Shown: positions 28,312 to 42,705, numbered from the stretch's first letter. The stretch: 64,000 bases of DNA from Escherichia coli (GCF_003334765.1 NZ_QOWT01000022.1); one strand, 5' to 3'. Program-made: numbers and translations. The notes: generated by a model not told the origin, from the sequence alone.

Positions 28312-29637
28312 ATGAGCAAAGTAACTCCCCAGCCGAAAATCGGCTTTGTTTCCCTTGGCTGTCCGAAAAACCTTGTTGATTCAGAGCGTATTCTCACCGA
28401 ACTCCGCACTGAAGGTTATGACGTGGTACCGAGCTATGACGATGCGGACATGGTGATCGTCAACACCTGCGGCTTTATTGACAGCGCGGTACAAGAATCA
28501 CTGGAAGCCATTGGTGAAGCGTTGAATGAAAACGGCAAGGTTATTGTGACCGGTTGTCTGGGGGCAAAAGAAGATCAGATCCGCGAAGTCCACCCGAAAG
28601 TGCTGGAAATCACCGGGCCTCATAGCTATGAGCAGGTTCTGGAGCACGTTCATCACTACGTGCCAAAACCGAAACACAACCCATTCCTGAGCCTGGTGCC
28701 AGAACAAGGTGTGAAACTGACGCCGCGTCATTATGCCTATCTGAAAATTTCTGAAGGCTGTAATCACCGCTGCACCTTCTGCATTATTCCGTCTATGCGC
28801 GGCGACCTGGTGAGCCGTCCGATTGGCGAAGTGTTAAGTGAAGCGAAACGTCTGGTAGATGCGGGCGTTAAAGAGATTCTGGTGATCTCGCAGGATACTT
28901 CCGCCTATGGCGTTGATGTTAAACATCGTACTGGCTTCCACAACGGCGAGCCGGTAAAAACCAGCATGGTCAGCCTGTGCGAACAGTTATCGAAACTGGG
29001 GATCTGGACACGTCTGCACTACGTTTACCCTTATCCGCATGTGGACGACGTCATCCCACTGATGGCAGAAGGCAAAATCCTGCCGTATCTGGACATTCCG
29101 TTGCAGCACGCCAGCCCGCGCATTCTCAAACTGATGAAGCGTCCGGGTTCTGTAGATCGCCAACTGGCGCGCATCAAACAGTGGCGCGAAATCTGCCCGG
29201 AACTGACCCTACGCTCAACCTTTATTGTCGGCTTCCCTGGCGAGACAGAAGAAGATTTCCAGATGCTACTCGACTTCCTGAAAGAAGCGCGTCTGGATCG
29301 CGTTGGCTGCTTTAAATACAGCCCGGTTGAAGGTGCAGACGCCAATGCCCTGCCTGACCAGGTTCCGGAAGAAGTTAAAGAAGAACGCTGGAACCGTTTC
29401 ATGCAGCTGCAGCAGCAGATTTCCGCCGAGCGCCTGCAAGAGAAAGTGGGCCGTGAAATTCTGGTGATTATCGACGAAGTGGACGAAGAAGGCGCGATTG
29501 GTCGCAGCATGGCAGATGCACCGGAAATCGACGGCGCGGTTTATCTCAATGGTGAAACCAACGTTAAGCCGGGTGATATCCTGCGTGTGAAAGTCGAGCA
29601 CGCCGATGAGTACGATTTGTGGGGTAGCCGGGTTTAA
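28312..29637 (+). CDS. rimO: Ribosomal protein S12 methylthiotransferase RimO
   Basis: 441 aa radical-SAM MTTase with CxxxCxxC motif (CNHRCTFC). Confidence 0.9.
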
Positions 29638-29683
29638 TTAATTCAGGCCGGGCAAAATCATTTGTCCGGCCTGCGAATAATGA

Positions 29684-31012
29684 TTACTGCCAGCTAATCT
29701 GTGCCCTGCCGTTTTTCTTACTCTTATACAGCCGCTCATCCGCCAGCATTTTCAAGCGTTCGACGGTAGGACATTCATTTGAATGTGCTACACCGATACT
29801 GGTACTTAAATTAATGCTTCCCACCTGGAAATGAACGATTTCTTTTAGAATCGATAGCAACTCTTCCAGCGTTCCACCCGTATAAATCACCGCAAATTCG
29901 TCACCGCCGAAGCGGTAGACTTTACCTTTATCTACCGGGATCTGTGATTTAAGGATTTTCACCACTTTCATCAACACTTCATCGCCCAGCAAATGACCGA
30001 AGGTGTCGTTAATGTTTTTGAATTTATCGACGTCAAACAGGCACAAATAACCGCCTTTTTCCGGCAGCGCTTTTAAATCTTCGTCAAAGGATTTTCTGCC
30101 CATTGCTTTGGTCAGGTCGTCCAGGAACGCCGAGTTATACATACTGTAGAGTTTTTTGACATCGGCAGCCGAAAAGAAAAGCCCGCCATCCAGTACGCGT
30201 TCAAAATGGTTATTAATGATGGCTTCTTTCTCCACAATACCACGATTAATCACTCTGCGTACCAGATAGAGGCAACTGGCACCCGATATCACTGCCACCA
30301 ATGCGGCAAAGAAAATAATCAATGTACAAACCCGCAAATAAACATCTTTTTTATACGCAAATACATACAATCCGGTCGGCAAATAGGCGAAGTGCTCCAT
30401 CGCTTCCGAAACGGTGAAGATGGCGTTTTTAGCATTATATTCATCACCGGTCACCGGTTTACCGTTCTTAAATAGAGAGAACATCAGGTTCTCGCTGTCC
30501 ATCGCCAGCGATTTTGACAGTAAAGAAAAACGCTCCAGACCAAGCAAAAATATCAGACTACGATTGTGAGTTACCGGATAGAGGTAATAGACGAAGGTTT
30601 TACCGTCAAAAGAGATAAACCCTGTATTTTTGACATGTCGATACTTCACAACCTGCATAATATCTGCACAATAATTTTTCTCGAACTCCTTTACCTGAAT
30701 ACATTCGTCACTGGAAATCAGATAAGGACCGACATCGTACAAATAAGAGGGGGAAACCGAGTCGGCGTAAGCTGTGCGCAAACCAACCAACAGCTGTTCC
30801 TCCGTGGGATTTAGCGTGTTGATAAGATCAATTGCCACGCTACGCCGATATTCAGCAATATTTGCCACCGCAAAAGCAGTATCAATAACGGACTGTTTCA
30901 GGCTATACACCCGTTCCTTTACCATTTGAGTGTAGATCCCGCAGGCAACTGCTGAAATCATGATAAAAATCAGCAGACTGACTGTAAGTACGAACTTATT
31001 GATTCTGGACAT
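29684..31012 (-). CDS. dgcI: Diguanylate cyclase DgcI (YliF)
   Basis: 442 aa, TM region plus GGDEF domain (RFGGDEF). Confidence 0.85.
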   Translation of the reverse strand: MSRINKFVLTVSLLIFIMISAVACGIYTQMVKERVYSLKQSVIDTAFAVANIAEYRRSVAIDLINTLNPTEEQLLVGLRTAYADSVSPSYLYDVGPYLISSDECIQVKEFEKNYCADIMQVVKYRHVKNTGFISFDGKTFVYYLYPVTHNRSLIFLLGLERFSLLSKSLAMDSENLMFSLFKNGKPVTGDEYNAKNAIFTVSEAMEHFAYLPTGLYVFAYKKDVYLRVCTLIIFFAALVAVISGASCLYLVRRVINRGIVEKEAIINNHFERVLDGGLFFSAADVKKLYSMYNSAFLDDLTKAMGRKSFDEDLKALPEKGGYLCLFDVDKFKNINDTFGHLLGDEVLMKVVKILKSQIPVDKGKVYRFGGDEFAVIYTGGTLEELLSILKEIVHFQVGSINLSTSIGVAHSNECPTVERLKMLADERLYKSKKNGRAQISWQ

Positions 31013-31019
31013 ACGTAAA

Positions 31020-33368
31020 CTACTCTTTTACTAATTTTCCACTTTTATCCCAGGCGGAGAATGGCATGGGTTTCTGGTACAGATACCCCTGAGCCTGAAC
31101 ACATCCTAATTTGATTAATTCGCGCGCAACGTCTTCGCTCTCTACGCCTTCCGCAATCACCGGGATCCGGTTATAGCGTGCCAGGTCGAAAATAATGCGC
31201 ACAATTTTTCCCGCAGTACCGAAAATATCGCCGGTGAATTGCGAGTCCACCTTTATGCTGTCTGGATTAATTTCATAAAAACGTTTCAGGTTTGACAAAC
31301 CGGTGCCAAAGTCATCAATCGATATCCGTACCCCTTGTTTACGCAGTTGTTCAATATTGAGATAAAAATGTTCATTAATTCGCTCGATCACGGTTTCAGT
31401 GATCTCAACACAGAGGCTGTTCGCCTTCAGGCCATTTTCTTTCATGATGGTGGTAAAACGCTCATGAAAGTGTGGTTCGTTTAACTGCCAGGGCGAAACA
31501 TTAATATGCAGTAAGAAATCATCCTTCAGCGACGCACGCTGACTAAAATGTCTGAATTCACCCATTGCCGTTTTAATAATCTGATAACCCAGCTCATTGA
31601 TAAACCCGATATCTTCAGCAATGGTAATGAACTTCAGCGGTGAAATGATCCCCCGCTCCGCAGACACCCAACGGCACAACGCCTCCGCGCCCAGAATGGC
31701 GCGGGTGTTAATATCAACGATCGGTTGATAGACGAGGAATAGTTCGCCAATTTCCATTGCATGGCGAATATTACGCGCAATCCAGATATTCTCTTCTATT
31801 TCGTTGAGTTTCGCGTCATCACAGAAAATAAACTCTGAGAACATATGGTCACGGATACTGGAAATCGCCAGTTTCAGTTTTTCTGCGTAACTCCAGGCGT
31901 TTTCCCCCTGCAAAGGTTCACAAATGGCAGACTTATGGATGCGCAGATTGCGGTAGCCAAAGCTGCTGTCAAAATCGTTTACCATCGCTATTTTACGGGT
32001 AAATGTCTGTACATTTTCCCGACACAGAAGTAAATAGAGATCGGCATTGAATGTCACGATATCGCAGCATTGCGCATATTTCTCGGCAATTCGCTGACAC
32101 AATTTCCTGACGATTTTATTGCGCTCATCAACACCAAACACCGCTTCCACGGCTTCCAGACCACACAGTTTGATGATCCCCACAGCCAGATACTGATTAT
32201 TGTTAGACTCAATAATCGCCATATTTTTAATAAAACCACTTTCCTGATCGTAAGAGATCAGTGAGAGCAATTTATTTGACCGTTCAATTTCGGCATCTTT
32301 CATTTCCGCGATCGAATTTTTGATGCTGATAATCTCTTTCGCATCGCCTTCACGAATTTTCAGAGCCTCGATTTGATCCGTTGAGTCAGGCAAAAACGCC
32401 AGCGTATTAACCAGCTCTGTCATTTCAGAAAATTGCCGACGGAACACACGAGTGGTCATTAAATAAACCACCAGCAATACGATAATAATGAACGCAAACG
32501 GCAGATAAAAAAGTTTATCTGATGCGTTCAATAAATTACCGCCAGGATAATAAAAATAGATTTCGAATAATGCGTTGTTTGGCACCGCTGATGTTTTTTC
32601 GATATATTCAGTATCGACAGAATCAATAATATTATAATTACCTTCGCTATTATAAATAATCAGTTTTTCACGAGCGAGTTGATTCTTGGCAATGATCTCA
32701 TGGCCTTGTTTCAAAAATAGAACTTCATCATTAGCGCTGATTTGATCAAGATACTCGTTCAGATATCGCCAGTTTAAATCGACATGAATTTTATCCACCG
32801 CTAACAAATCGTGATCTTTGCCGTTGATGTGTAGCGTAAAAGAGATACATTTTTTACCCGGACGATCAAAGCAATTGTATGCCGGATTCCAGCTGTTGTT
32901 AGAGTCATCTGAAGCCACCGACCACGGTCGTTTCGATGGGTTAAAATCGGCAAAAATAACCCGCCCTGACTCGTCGACAAGCGGTCCATTTACTTGTTCC
33001 TGATGATAAACAACGATTTTATCATTCGCCCTCCGCGAAAAAAGATAATATTTATTATCATCAAGTACCAGTCCCACCGAGTCTAAAAATGGCATCATTT
33101 CCATTTTAAGAATCACGGCGCGTTGAATCTCCTCTGTATTTTTTAATAAATACAGTGAGTCCTTTAATGTCAGGGCCGAACGTTCAATATCTTTAAAGAA
33201 ATAGCCAACGTTTTTCTGAATAAGTTCAAAGCGGCTATCGGCACGTTTTACCGCGCGCTCCGATACCAGTTGATAGTTAATGATGAAAAAAAGACCAATA
33301 AATGACAGTGCTGCCAATAAAAATAAAATTATCAGCCTTATCTTTATCTTTTCGTATAAACTCAGCAT
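31020..33368 (-). CDS. pdeI: c-di-GMP phosphodiesterase PdeI (YliE)
   Basis: ORF 31020-33446; start at [10 protein letters not shown]... gives 782 aa; EAL domain. Confidence 0.85.
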   Translation of the reverse strand: MLSLYEKIKIRLIILFLLAALSFIGLFFIINYQLVSERAVKRADSRFELIQKNVGYFFKDIERSALTLKDSLYLLKNTEEIQRAVILKMEMMPFLDSVGLVLDDNKYYLFSRRANDKIVVYHQEQVNGPLVDESGRVIFADFNPSKRPWSVASDDSNNSWNPAYNCFDRPGKKCISFTLHINGKDHDLLAVDKIHVDLNWRYLNEYLDQISANDEVLFLKQGHEIIAKNQLAREKLIIYNSEGNYNIIDSVDTEYIEKTSAVPNNALFEIYFYYPGGNLLNASDKLFYLPFAFIIIVLLVVYLMTTRVFRRQFSEMTELVNTLAFLPDSTDQIEALKIREGDAKEIISIKNSIAEMKDAEIERSNKLLSLISYDQESGFIKNMAIIESNNNQYLAVGIIKLCGLEAVEAVFGVDERNKIVRKLCQRIAEKYAQCCDIVTFNADLYLLLCRENVQTFTRKIAMVNDFDSSFGYRNLRIHKSAICEPLQGENAWSYAEKLKLAISSIRDHMFSEFIFCDDAKLNEIEENIWIARNIRHAMEIGELFLVYQPIVDINTRAILGAEALCRWVSAERGIISPLKFITIAEDIGFINELGYQIIKTAMGEFRHFSQRASLKDDFLLHINVSPWQLNEPHFHERFTTIMKENGLKANSLCVEITETVIERINEHFYLNIEQLRKQGVRISIDDFGTGLSNLKRFYEINPDSIKVDSQFTGDIFGTAGKIVRIIFDLARYNRIPVIAEGVESEDVARELIKLGCVQAQGYLYQKPMPFSAWDKSGKLVKE

Positions 33369-33545
33369 GTTAATACATTTAACAAAATAACTATCTGAAC
33401 GCTGTGCCGCTGCAAAAATTGTCCCTTGCTGCGGCTTTTTAACCAAATTACCCGATTCTACAAAATCAGCAGAAAGTTACAACACTTGCTTAGGGCAATA
33501 ATTTCCTGTGAGGTGATTACCCTTTCAAGCAATATTCAAACGTAA

Positions 33546-34457
33546 CTATCCTTTAATTTTCGGATCCAGCGCATCGCGTAAACCATCGCCCAACAAATTG
33601 AACGCCAGTACGGTCAGAAAAATAGCCAGGGCCGGAAAAACAGCGACATGCGGCGCGATAACCATATCCGCTCGAGCCTCATTGAGCATTGCTCCCCACT
33701 CTGGTGTCGGCGGCTGCGCACCGAGGCCGAGAAATGAGAGGCTGGCGGCAGAGATAATCGAGGTACCAATGCGCATGGTGAAAAACACCACGATAGAAGA
33801 GACGGTCCCAGGCAGGATATGACGCAACAAAACGGTCATATCGCTGGCACCAATACTGCGTGCTGACTCAATAAAGGTTTGCTGTTTCAACACCAGCGTG
33901 TTGCCGCGCACCAGGCGGGCAAACGCGGGGATGGAAAAAATGGCGACTGCAATAATCACGTTAGCAATGCCGCTTCCCAACACCGCAACAACAGCGATCG
34001 CCAGTAAAATACCCGGGAAGGCAAACAGCACATCGCAAATGCGCATGATCAGCCGATCCCACCAGCCTTCATAATATCCAGTGAGCAAGCCCAGCAACGT
34101 CCCGATCGCCGCACCGATAAACACGGCAAACACGCCCGCCGCCAGCGAGATTTGCGCACCAACCAGGACACGGCTGAAAATGTCACGCCCCAGTGAATCG
34201 ACGCCAAACCAGTGCTGCAAAGAAGGTCCGTTATTCAGATTGTCATAATCAAAATAATTTTCGGCGTCATAGGGAGCGATCCAGCGTGCAAAAATGGCCA
34301 CCACAATCAATAAAATAACGAATAATGCGGCGGTCATCGCCATATGCTGACGGCGAAATCGTCGCCAGAATTCATGCCACGGTGTACGTACCTGGTCAGG
34401 TTTGACCAGTGGCATGGCGTTTAACACCGCCTGACGTCGCCAGTTAAATAGTCGCAT
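33546..34457 (-). CDS. gsiD: Glutathione ABC transporter permease GsiD
   Basis: 303-aa permease; synteny. Confidence 0.9.
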
Positions 34458-34459
34458 CC

Positions 34460-35380
34460 TTACTTGTACCTGATAGCCGGGTTAATGGCGGCGTAAAGCA
34501 CATCCACCACTAAGTTGATAAGAATAAATTCCAGCGAGAAAAGCAGAATTTCCGCCTGAATCACCGGGTAATCACGCATTTCTACGGAGTCAACGAGTAA
34601 GCGTCCAAGTCCCGGCCAGTTGAAAACTTTCTCCACAACGATGGAACCACCGAGCAAAAAGCCAAACTGTAAGCCCATCATGGTCACTACCGGGATCATC
34701 GCGTTACGTAGCCCGTGTTTGAGGACAACCCAGGTTTCGCTCACCCCTTTCGCCCTCGCGGTACGCATATAATCTTCGCTTAAAACATCGACAAACGACG
34801 CGCGGGTAAAGCGCGCCATCACGGCGGCCACTGCCGCGCCGAGCGTCAGGGAGGGTAAAATGTAGTGCTGCCAACTGTCTGCTCCCACGGTAGGCAGCCA
34901 GCCCAGTTCAACGGAGAATACCTGAATTAAAAGCATCCCCAGAGCAAATGCCGGAAACGAGATCCCCGACACCGCAATGGTCATACTCAATCGATCCGGC
35001 CAACGGTTACGCCAGACGGCGGCGATAATTCCCGCCGCCATACCAAATATAACCGCCCAGACCATACTGGTTATGGTCAGCCACAGCGTTGGCATAAAGC
35101 GGCTGGCAATCTCATCGGCAACCGGACGACGCGACACCATCGACAGGCCAAAATCCCCCTGCACAGCATTGCTGATATAGTGCCAGAACTGGTGATACAG
35201 CGGCTGATCCAACCCCAGCTGCTGACGCACCAGTTCTATAACCTGCGCATCAGCTTCGGGCCCGGCAATCAATCGCGCCGGATCGCCGGGCAGCATATGG
35301 ACAAATAAAAACACCAGCACCGAGACGATAAACAGCGTCGGAATCAACCCCAGTAAGCGTTTGATAACGTAATTAAGCAT
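34460..35380 (-). CDS. gsiC: Glutathione ABC transporter permease GsiC
   Basis: 306-aa permease; synteny. Confidence 0.9.
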
Positions 35381-35397
35381 TCCACTCCCTGCGTTGC

Positions 35398-36936
35398 TTA
35401 TTGCAAATCCGCGTCTTCAAAGCTGAAGCCGGTGTCTGGCATGATCCAAAAACCGGTCAGGTTTTTACTGTGTGCCGACACCAGTTTTTCTACCACCAGC
35501 GGGATCCACGGCGATTCTTGCCAGATGATATCCTGCGCCGCCTTATATAAGCGGGTCTTTTCCGCCGGATCATTAGTTTTCAGTGCCTGAGCCAGGAAGT
35601 CATCCACCTGTTTATTGCTGTAAAACGCGGTATTAAACAGCGTCGGTGGCCAGTTCTGCGAGGCAAACAGCGGCGATAGTGCCCAGTCCGCTTCGCCGGT
35701 TGAAGCCGACCAGCCAGTGTAGAACATCCGCACGCCGCTCTCTTTTTGCCCTTTACCTTCAACTTCTGCCGCCCGCTGTCCGGCATCCATCGCAGTCACC
35801 TGGGCTTTAATCCCGACCTGCGCTAACTGCTGCTGGGTAAATTGCAGCACTTTCTGCGCGGTGCTGTGGTTATGTGACGACCACAGCGTGGTACTGAAAC
35901 CGTTGGGATATCCCGCCTCTTTCAGTAATTCGCGCGCTTTCACTGGATCGTAAGGCCACGGTTTATAACTTTGCGCGTAGGCGATACTTGGCGGTACCAC
36001 ACCAGTAGCTGGCGTTGCATAGCCCGCAAAGGCAACTTTCACCAGCGCCGGACGGTTAATGGCGTAATTCAGCGCCTCACGGACCTTCGGGTTATCGAAC
36101 GGCTTTTGCGTCACGTTCATACTGATATAACGCTGCATAATTGACGGACTGGCCATCAACTCGATATTTTTGTTTTTCTCCAGCAGTGTGGCCTGCTCGT
36201 AAGGAATGGGGAAAGCAAACTGCGCTTCACCGGTTTGCAGCATTGCCGCGCGGGTGTTGTTATCCGCCACCGGACGCCAGGTTATGCTGTCCAGTTTGGG
36301 CAATCCTGGCTGCCAGTAACCCGCGAATTTTTTCACCTTCACAAAATCGGTCTGATTCCAGGTATCCAGTTCATACGGTCCGGTTCCCACCGGATAAAAA
36401 CCAATCTCCTTGCCATATTTTTCCAGCGCTGCCGGTGAAATCATCGCGGTCGCCGGATGGGCAAGAATATTAATAAACGCTGAGAACGGCTGTTTGAGGG
36501 TAATCTTTACCGTTGTCGGATCGATCGCTTCCGTTTTAGCAATATTCTTATACAGGTTATAGCGTTTAAGATGATTCGCCGGATCGCTGGCCCGGTCCAG
36601 ATTCGCTTTCACCGCCGCGGCGTTGAAATCGGTGCCATCCTGGAATTTAATGCCTTCCCGCAATTTCACGGTGTAAGTAATGCCGTCATCGGAAACGGTA
36701 TAACTCTCCGCCAGCACGTTTTTCAGTTTCATCTCTTTATCCAGACCGAACAGCCCCTGGTAAAACGATTTCGCTACGGCCTGAGATAACGTGTCATTTG
36801 CGTCATACGGATCGAGCGTGGTGAAATTCGATCCTACCGCCACCACCACATCTTTGGCAGCGAATGCACAAGATGCCATCAACGCTGTCGCAATGCCCAG
36901 CGCCACTAACCCACTACGGTGTACAGCTCTTGCCAT
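35398..36936 (-). CDS. gsiB: Glutathione-binding periplasmic protein GsiB
   Basis: ORF 35398-37203; start at [21 protein letters not shown]... gives 512 aa with signal peptide. Confidence 0.9.
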
Positions 36937-36955
36937 TTTATTCTCCGCCTGAATG

Positions 36956-38827
36956 TTATCTACGCATGAATGCGTATTCTGATTGTGGTTGTGCGACGTA
37001 ATGCCCCGGCCCGACGCATTGCAACGAGACGGCTGCCACCTCTTCGCCACGCAGATGAATATTGCTGGGAAGATCGTCCGACAGCAGTACACGCTGCGGT
37101 CGTTGTCGGGACGGTTCAGCGACCGGAACTGCCGCCAGTAATTTACGCGTATAAGGATGCTGCGGGTTTTCGAAGACCGCGCGCCGTGGACCAATTTCAA
37201 CAATTTGCCCGAGATACATCACCGCCACACGATGACTAATCCGCTCTACCACCGCCATATCGTGGGAGATAAACAGATACGCAATGCCGAAATCACGCTG
37301 GAGATCGAGCAACAAGTTGATAATCTGCCCGCGAATAGAAACATCCAGCGCCGAAACGGCTTCGTCGGCAATGATCACTTTTGGATTCAATGCCAACGCG
37401 CGAGCAATGCAGATGCGCTGGCGCTGACCGCCGGAAAACTCATGCGGGTAACGCCAGGCATGTTCAGGTAACAGGCCCACGCGCTCCAGCAACCACGCAA
37501 CGCGTGCAGCCGCGTCTTTACCTGGCAATAAACCGTGTACACGCAGCGGTTCGATAATCGAATCACCGATGGTCTGACGTGGGTCCAGCGAAGCGTAAGG
37601 GTCCTGAAAAATAAACTGAATATCCCGGCGTAATGCCTGAAGTTTGCCGGGTGACAAGGTATCGATTCGCTGACCGTTAAAGATAATTTCGCCGCCCTGC
37701 GATTCGACCAGGCGCAGCAACGCCCGCCCGGTAGTGGATTTACCGCTGCCAGACTCGCCCACCAGCGATAGCGTTTCGCCAGGCCAGAGATCAAAACTGA
37801 CTTTCTCAACGGCATGCACTTCCCGCGTTACGCGATTCAACAAACCGCTGCGCAAAGGGAAACGGGTGACAAGATTACGCACTCGTAAAACAGGTTCGCC
37901 ATCCACCACCGTTTTCTGCTCGATGGGGGGGGCCTGTTTCGCTGGATGTTCAAGCGATATCAACGGGAAACGTCGGGGATAATCTAACCCTTTCATCGCA
38001 CCAAGTTGCGGAACAGCAGCTAACAGCGCACGGGTGTAAGGATGTTGCGGTGCATGAAAAATCTGTTCGACGGTACCCGTTTCCACCGCCTCGCCCTGAT
38101 ACATCACCAGTACCCGATCGGCAATCTCTGCCACCACGCCCATATCGTGAGTGATAAAGATAACGCCCATCGACATCTCTTTTTGCAATACTTTGATTAA
38201 TTGCAGGATCTGCGCCTGAATAGTGACATCCAGCGCGGTGGTTGGCTCATCGGCAATCAGCACCGCCGGGCGGCATGACAGCGCCATCGCAATCATCACT
38301 CGCTGGCGCATCCCGCCAGAGAGTTGATGCGGATAACGTGAAAGAATGGTTTGTGCCTCAGGAATGCGTACCTGATCCAGCATCCGCTTCGCCTCGACCA
38401 TCGCTTCTTCACGACTGGCGTTCTGATGCAGACGAATTGATTCGGCAATCTGTTCACCCACAGTAAATACCGGGTTCAGCGATGTCATCGGCTCCTGAAA
38501 TATCATCGCCATATCCGCACCGCGAACATGGCGCATTTGTGCAGCGTTCTGCTCGCTAAGTTCAATCACTTCGCGACTGCGCCGCTGCAACAGCATTTTA
38601 TCGCACTGTACTAAACCGCCCGCCTGTTCCAACAGGCGCATCAATGCCAACGCAGTCACTGACTTACCGGAGCCGGATTCGCCAACAATTGCCAGCGTCT
38701 CACCGCGTTGCAGACTAAAAGAGAGATTGCGGACCGCAGCTATTTTCTGCTGGTCCTGCATAAAGGCAATATTCAGATTTTCAACCGCCAGCACATTACC
38801 GGCATCAAGTTCATCACTGTGTGGCAA
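36956..38827 (-). CDS. gsiA: Glutathione ABC transporter ATP-binding protein GsiA (probable TTG start)
   Basis: Two ABC domains (two GESGSGKS Walker A motifs); 623 aa if initiated at TTG 38827-38825, which reproduces the K-12 N-terminus MPHSDEL as I recall it; no in-frame ATG at that position. Confidence 0.85.
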   Translation of the reverse strand: MPHSDELDAGNVLAVENLNIAFMQDQQKIAAVRNLSFSLQRGETLAIVGESGSGKSVTALALMRLLEQAGGLVQCDKMLLQRRSREVIELSEQNAAQMRHVRGADMAMIFQEPMTSLNPVFTVGEQIAESIRLHQNASREEAMVEAKRMLDQVRIPEAQTILSRYPHQLSGGMRQRVMIAMALSCRPAVLIADEPTTALDVTIQAQILQLIKVLQKEMSMGVIFITHDMGVVAEIADRVLVMYQGEAVETGTVEQIFHAPQHPYTRALLAAVPQLGAMKGLDYPRRFPLISLEHPAKQAPPIEQKTVVDGEPVLRVRNLVTRFPLRSGLLNRVTREVHAVEKVSFDLWPGETLSLVGESGSGKSTTGRALLRLVESQGGEIIFNGQRIDTLSPGKLQALRRDIQFIFQDPYASLDPRQTIGDSIIEPLRVHGLLPGKDAAARVAWLLERVGLLPEHAWRYPHEFSGGQRQRICIARALALNPKVIIADEAVSALDVSIRGQIINLLLDLQRDFGIAYLFISHDMAVVERISHRVAVMYLGQIVEIGPRRAVFENPQHPYTRKLLAAVPVAEPSRQRPQRVLLSDDLPSNIHLRGEEVAAVSLQCVGPGHYVAQPQSEYAFMRR

Positions 38828-39779
38828 CGGTGTCCCCTTTTTCACGGTAGATACCGGTGGTTGGCGTATCGCCTGCGTAGCCCCAGGCGCGATACATTCC
38901 TTCGGTGTTAAACGGTAGCGCGACATTCCCTTCATGGTCGATAGCGATTAAGCCACCGCTACCGCCAAGCGCAGGGAGTTTTTCCATTACTACCCGCTCG
39001 CAGGCTTCCGCGAGACTTAATCCGCCGTAATCCATTAACGCGGCGATGTCATATGCCGCCAGCGCGCGGATGAAGACTTCGCCCGTGCCGGTACAAGAAA
39101 CCGCCACACTGGCGTTATTGGCGTAGCATCCGGCACCCACTAAGGGACTATCGCCAACTCGTCCGGGTAATTTATTGGTCATTCCGCCTGTGGACGTGGC
39201 TGCCGCCAAATTGCCGTCTAAATCCAACGCCACGGCCCCCACGGTGCCCATTTTCTGTTTTTCATCCAGTGGCGCACCGCTATGGTCGAGGACGGTTGCC
39301 CCTTCCTTGCGCGCTGCCAGTAGTTGTTCATAACGCAAAGGCGTGGAGAAAATCTCCGGCGAGACGCGCTCCATGCCACGAGCAAACGCAAAATTTTCTG
39401 CCCCTTCGCCAATCATCATCACATGCGGGCTTTGCTCCATCACCAGCCGGGCGGCAAGAACCGGATTACGCAGATGACTAACGCCCGCCACCGCACCGGC
39501 TTTCAGGGTGTTACCATCCATCACACAGGCGTCCAGTTCATGGGTTTCATCACGCGTAAAGACAGCGCCAATTCCGGCGTTAAACAGTGGACACTCTTCC
39601 AGCAGACGCACCGCTTCCGTCACCACATCCAGCGCACTTTCGCCCGCTTCCAGCATTTTCTGCCCGGTTTCAACAATGGCAGACAACGCCTCGATGTAGC
39701 GTAATTCCTGTTGCAGACTCATCTGCGCGCGGCTAATTGCACCTGCGCCACCATGAATTGCAATGACTGCTTTGCCCAT
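38814..39779 (-). CDS. iaaA: Isoaspartyl peptidase / L-asparaginase IaaA
   Basis: 321 aa Ntn-hydrolase; synteny. Confidence 0.9.
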   Translation of the reverse strand: MGKAVIAIHGGAGAISRAQMSLQQELRYIEALSAIVETGQKMLEAGESALDVVTEAVRLLEECPLFNAGIGAVFTRDETHELDACVMDGNTLKAGAVAGVSHLRNPVLAARLVMEQSPHVMMIGEGAENFAFARGMERVSPEIFSTPLRYEQLLAARKEGATVLDHSGAPLDEKQKMGTVGAVALDLDGNLAAATSTGGMTNKLPGRVGDSPLVGAGCYANNASVAVSCTGTGEVFIRALAAYDIAALMDYGGLSLAEACERVVMEKLPALGGSGGLIAIDHEGNVALPFNTEGMYRAWGYAGDTPTTGIYREKGDTVATQ

Positions 39780-39982
39780 AGTATTCGTCCATTAAGGGTG
39801 GTTCGCCACTTTTGCTATAAATATCAGAATTTTTATGAATTACTCATTCAATTTTTGAATATAGAAAGATGGATATGGCATGTAAAGGCAGGACCCAGCG
39901 CTACGCCCGAGGTGGCATACAGTCTGTGGCGTTTTTCTGACATAATAGGCAAATTCGATTTTGCCTCCGCAGGAGTGTTTTC

Positions 39983-41218
39983 ATGGAATTTACCACCGGA
40001 TTGATGTCGCTCGACACCGCGCTTAATGAGATGCTTTCTCGCGTCACCCCACTGACCGCCCAGGAAACGCTGCCACTGGTACAGTGTTTTGGTCGTATTC
40101 TGGCGAGCGATGTCGTTTCGCCGCTTGATGTTCCGGGGTTTGATAACTCCGCAATGGACGGCTACGCGGTGCGTTTAGCCGATATTGCCTCCGGGCAACC
40201 GCTGCCCGTTGCCGGTAAATCCTTTGCCGGTCAGCCATACCATGGTGAATGGCCTGCGGGTACCTGCATTCGTATTATGACCGGTGCGCCGGTGCCGGAA
40301 GGCTGCGAAGCGGTGGTGATGCAGGAGCAGACTGAACAAATGGACAATGGCGTGCGTTTTACTGCTGAAGTGCGTAGCGGGCAAAATATTCGCCGTCGCG
40401 GTGAAGATATCTCTGCAGGTGCGGTTGTTTTCCCGGCGGGAACTCGCCTGACTACCGCAGAGCTGCCAGTAATTGCTTCACTGGGGATTGCCGAAGTTCC
40501 GGTGATTCGTAAAGTGCGTGTAGCGCTTTTTTCTACCGGTGATGAACTCCAGTTGCCCGGTCAGCCGCTGGGCGACGGCCAAATCTACGATACCAACCGT
40601 CTCGCCGTACACCTGATGTTAGAACAGTTGGGATGCGAGGTAATTAACTTAGGGATTATCCGCGACGATCCCCATGCCCTGCGCGCCGCATTTATTGAAG
40701 CCGACAGCCAGGCGGATGTGGTGATCAGTTCCGGCGGTGTTTCAGTGGGTGAGGCGGATTACACCAAAACGATTCTTGAAGAGCTGGGGGAGATCGCCTT
40801 CTGGAAGCTGGCGATTAAACCAGGTAAACCGTTCGCGTTCGGTAAACTCAGCAATAGCTGGTTCTGCGGCCTGCCGGGCAACCCGGTTTCAGCGACGCTG
40901 ACCTTCTATCAACTGGTACAGCCTTTGCTGGCAAAACTAAGCGGTAACACCGCCAGCGGCCTGCCCGCGCGCCAGCGCGTACGCACAGCGTCCCGCCTGA
41001 AAAAAACGCCAGGACGTCTTGATTTCCAGCGCGGCGTGCTGCAACGCAACGCCGATGGCGAACTGGAAGTGACGACCACCGGACATCAGGGTTCACATAT
41101 ATTTAGCTCCTTTAGCCTCGGCAACTGCTTTATCGTGCTGGAACGCGATCGCGGCAATGTGGAAGTGGGCGAATGGGTGGAAGTAGAACCGTTTAACGCG
41201 TTGTTCGGAGGCCTGTAA
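39983..41218 (+). CDS. moeA: Molybdopterin molybdenumtransferase MoeA
   Basis: 411 aa; stop overlaps moeB start. Confidence 0.9.
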   Translation: MEFTTGLMSLDTALNEMLSRVTPLTAQETLPLVQCFGRILASDVVSPLDVPGFDNSAMDGYAVRLADIASGQPLPVAGKSFAGQPYHGEWPAGTCIRIMTGAPVPEGCEAVVMQEQTEQMDNGVRFTAEVRSGQNIRRRGEDISAGAVVFPAGTRLTTAELPVIASLGIAEVPVIRKVRVALFSTGDELQLPGQPLGDGQIYDTNRLAVHLMLEQLGCEVINLGIIRDDPHALRAAFIEADSQADVVISSGGVSVGEADYTKTILEELGEIAFWKLAIKPGKPFAFGKLSNSWFCGLPGNPVSATLTFYQLVQPLLAKLSGNTASGLPARQRVRTASRLKKTPGRLDFQRGVLQRNADGELEVTTTGHQGSHIFSSFSLGNCFIVLERDRGNVEVGEWVEVEPFNALFGGL

Positions 41219-41967
41219 TGGCGGAACTCAGCGATCAGGAGATGCTGCGCTACAACCGGCAAATCATTCTGCGCGGCTTTGATTTTGACGGCCAGGAGGC
41301 GCTGAAAGATTCTCGCGTGCTGATAGTGGGCCTGGGCGGCCTCGGCTGTGCAGCCTCGCAGTATCTGGCAAGCGCCGGTGTCGGTAACCTGACGCTGCTC
41401 GACTTCGACACGGTTTCGCTCTCGAATCTGCAACGCCAGACACTGCACAGTGATGCCACGGTCGGGCAACCGAAGGTGGAATCCGCCCGTGACGCCCTGA
41501 CGCGGATCAACCCACATATCGCGATTACGCCAGTCAATGCACTGCTGGATGACGCAGAACTTGCAGCATTGATTGCTGAACACGATCTGGTGCTCGACTG
41601 TACGGATAACGTTGCGGTACGTAATCAACTGAACGCAGGCTGTTTTGCCGCGAAGGTACCGCTGGTTTCCGGCGCGGCAATTCGTATGGAAGGTCAAATC
41701 ACCGTCTTTACTTATCAGGACGGTGAACCGTGCTATCGCTGCCTTAGCCGTTTGTTTGGTGAAAATGCATTAACCTGCGTGGAAGCAGGCGTAATGGCAC
41801 CGTTGATCGGCGTAATTGGTTCGTTGCAGGCAATGGAAGCGATCAAAATGCTGGCAGGTTATGGCAAACCGGCCAGCGGGAAAATCGTCATGTACGATGC
41901 GATGACCTGTCAGTTTCGCGAAATGAAACTGATGCGTAATCCGGGGTGTGAGGTGTGTGGGCAGTAA
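41218..41967 (+). CDS. moeB: Molybdopterin-synthase adenylyltransferase MoeB
   Basis: 249 aa, ThiF/MoeB fold with GLGGLG and C-terminal CxxC. Confidence 0.9.
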   Translation: MAELSDQEMLRYNRQIILRGFDFDGQEALKDSRVLIVGLGGLGCAASQYLASAGVGNLTLLDFDTVSLSNLQRQTLHSDATVGQPKVESARDALTRINPHIAITPVNALLDDAELAALIAEHDLVLDCTDNVAVRNQLNAGCFAAKVPLVSGAAIRMEGQITVFTYQDGEPCYRCLSRLFGENALTCVEAGVMAPLIGVIGSLQAMEAIKMLAGYGKPASGKIVMYDAMTCQFREMKLMRNPGCEVCGQ

Positions 41968-42042
41968 TTGCCACCTCCAGGCCTGATAAGACGCGGCACT
42001 CCGCCACGTCATCAGCAATTTATGAGGATGCAGAACGTCCGG

Positions 42043-42705
42043 TTAAATCGACGTTCTGCCAAACGCTCCCTGCCAGTCCTGCTCAAACTTCGCCACAGCG
42101 GCATCAACCGCCGGATAGCTAATCATCTGTTGTGCCACATCCAGTGGCAGAGTAATTGATTCACATCCTGCCAGTAAGCAGTCCAGCGCCTGACGCGGGG
42201 TTTTGAAACTCGCTGCCAGCACTTTCGCCTGCGGCGCATGCATTTTCAATAACTGGTGTAAGTCGGTCACAGTCTGAATGCCGCTACCGCCCTGAGCATC
42301 AATACGATTAACGTAAGGCGCAACATATTCCGCACCTGCCAGCGCCGACAGCAGCCCTTGTGCTGCGCCATATACCGCGGTTCCCAGCGTCGGAATCCCT
42401 TCCGCTTTTAACATCTTAATAGCTGCCAGCCCCTCGGCGGTCACCGGAACTTTCACCACGATATCCGCAATAATAGAACGCAGCTTAAGCGCGTCATTAA
42501 CCATCCCTTCGGCAGTGGTAGCCATTACCTGGGCAAACAGACGCCCCTGACCGCCCATCGCTTCATGAAGTTGCGGAAGCACAACATCCAGCGGTTTTTT
42601 ACCCGCGGCGATAATGCTTGGGTTAGTGGTCACACCCGCCAGCGGAAAAATACGTGACAGCGCCTTCACCGCAACAACGTCTGAAGTATCCAGATACAGT
42701 TCCAT
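42043..42705 (-). CDS. fsaA: Fructose-6-phosphate aldolase 1
   Basis: ORF 42043-42777; start at [10 protein letters not shown]... gives 220 aa. Confidence 0.9.
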   Translation of the reverse strand: MELYLDTSDVVAVKALSRIFPLAGVTTNPSIIAAGKKPLDVVLPQLHEAMGGQGRLFAQVMATTAEGMVNDALKLRSIIADIVVKVPVTAEGLAAIKMLKAEGIPTLGTAVYGAAQGLLSALAGAEYVAPYVNRIDAQGGSGIQTVTDLHQLLKMHAPQAKVLAASFKTPRQALDCLLAGCESITLPLDVAQQMISYPAVDAAVAKFEQDWQGAFGRTSI

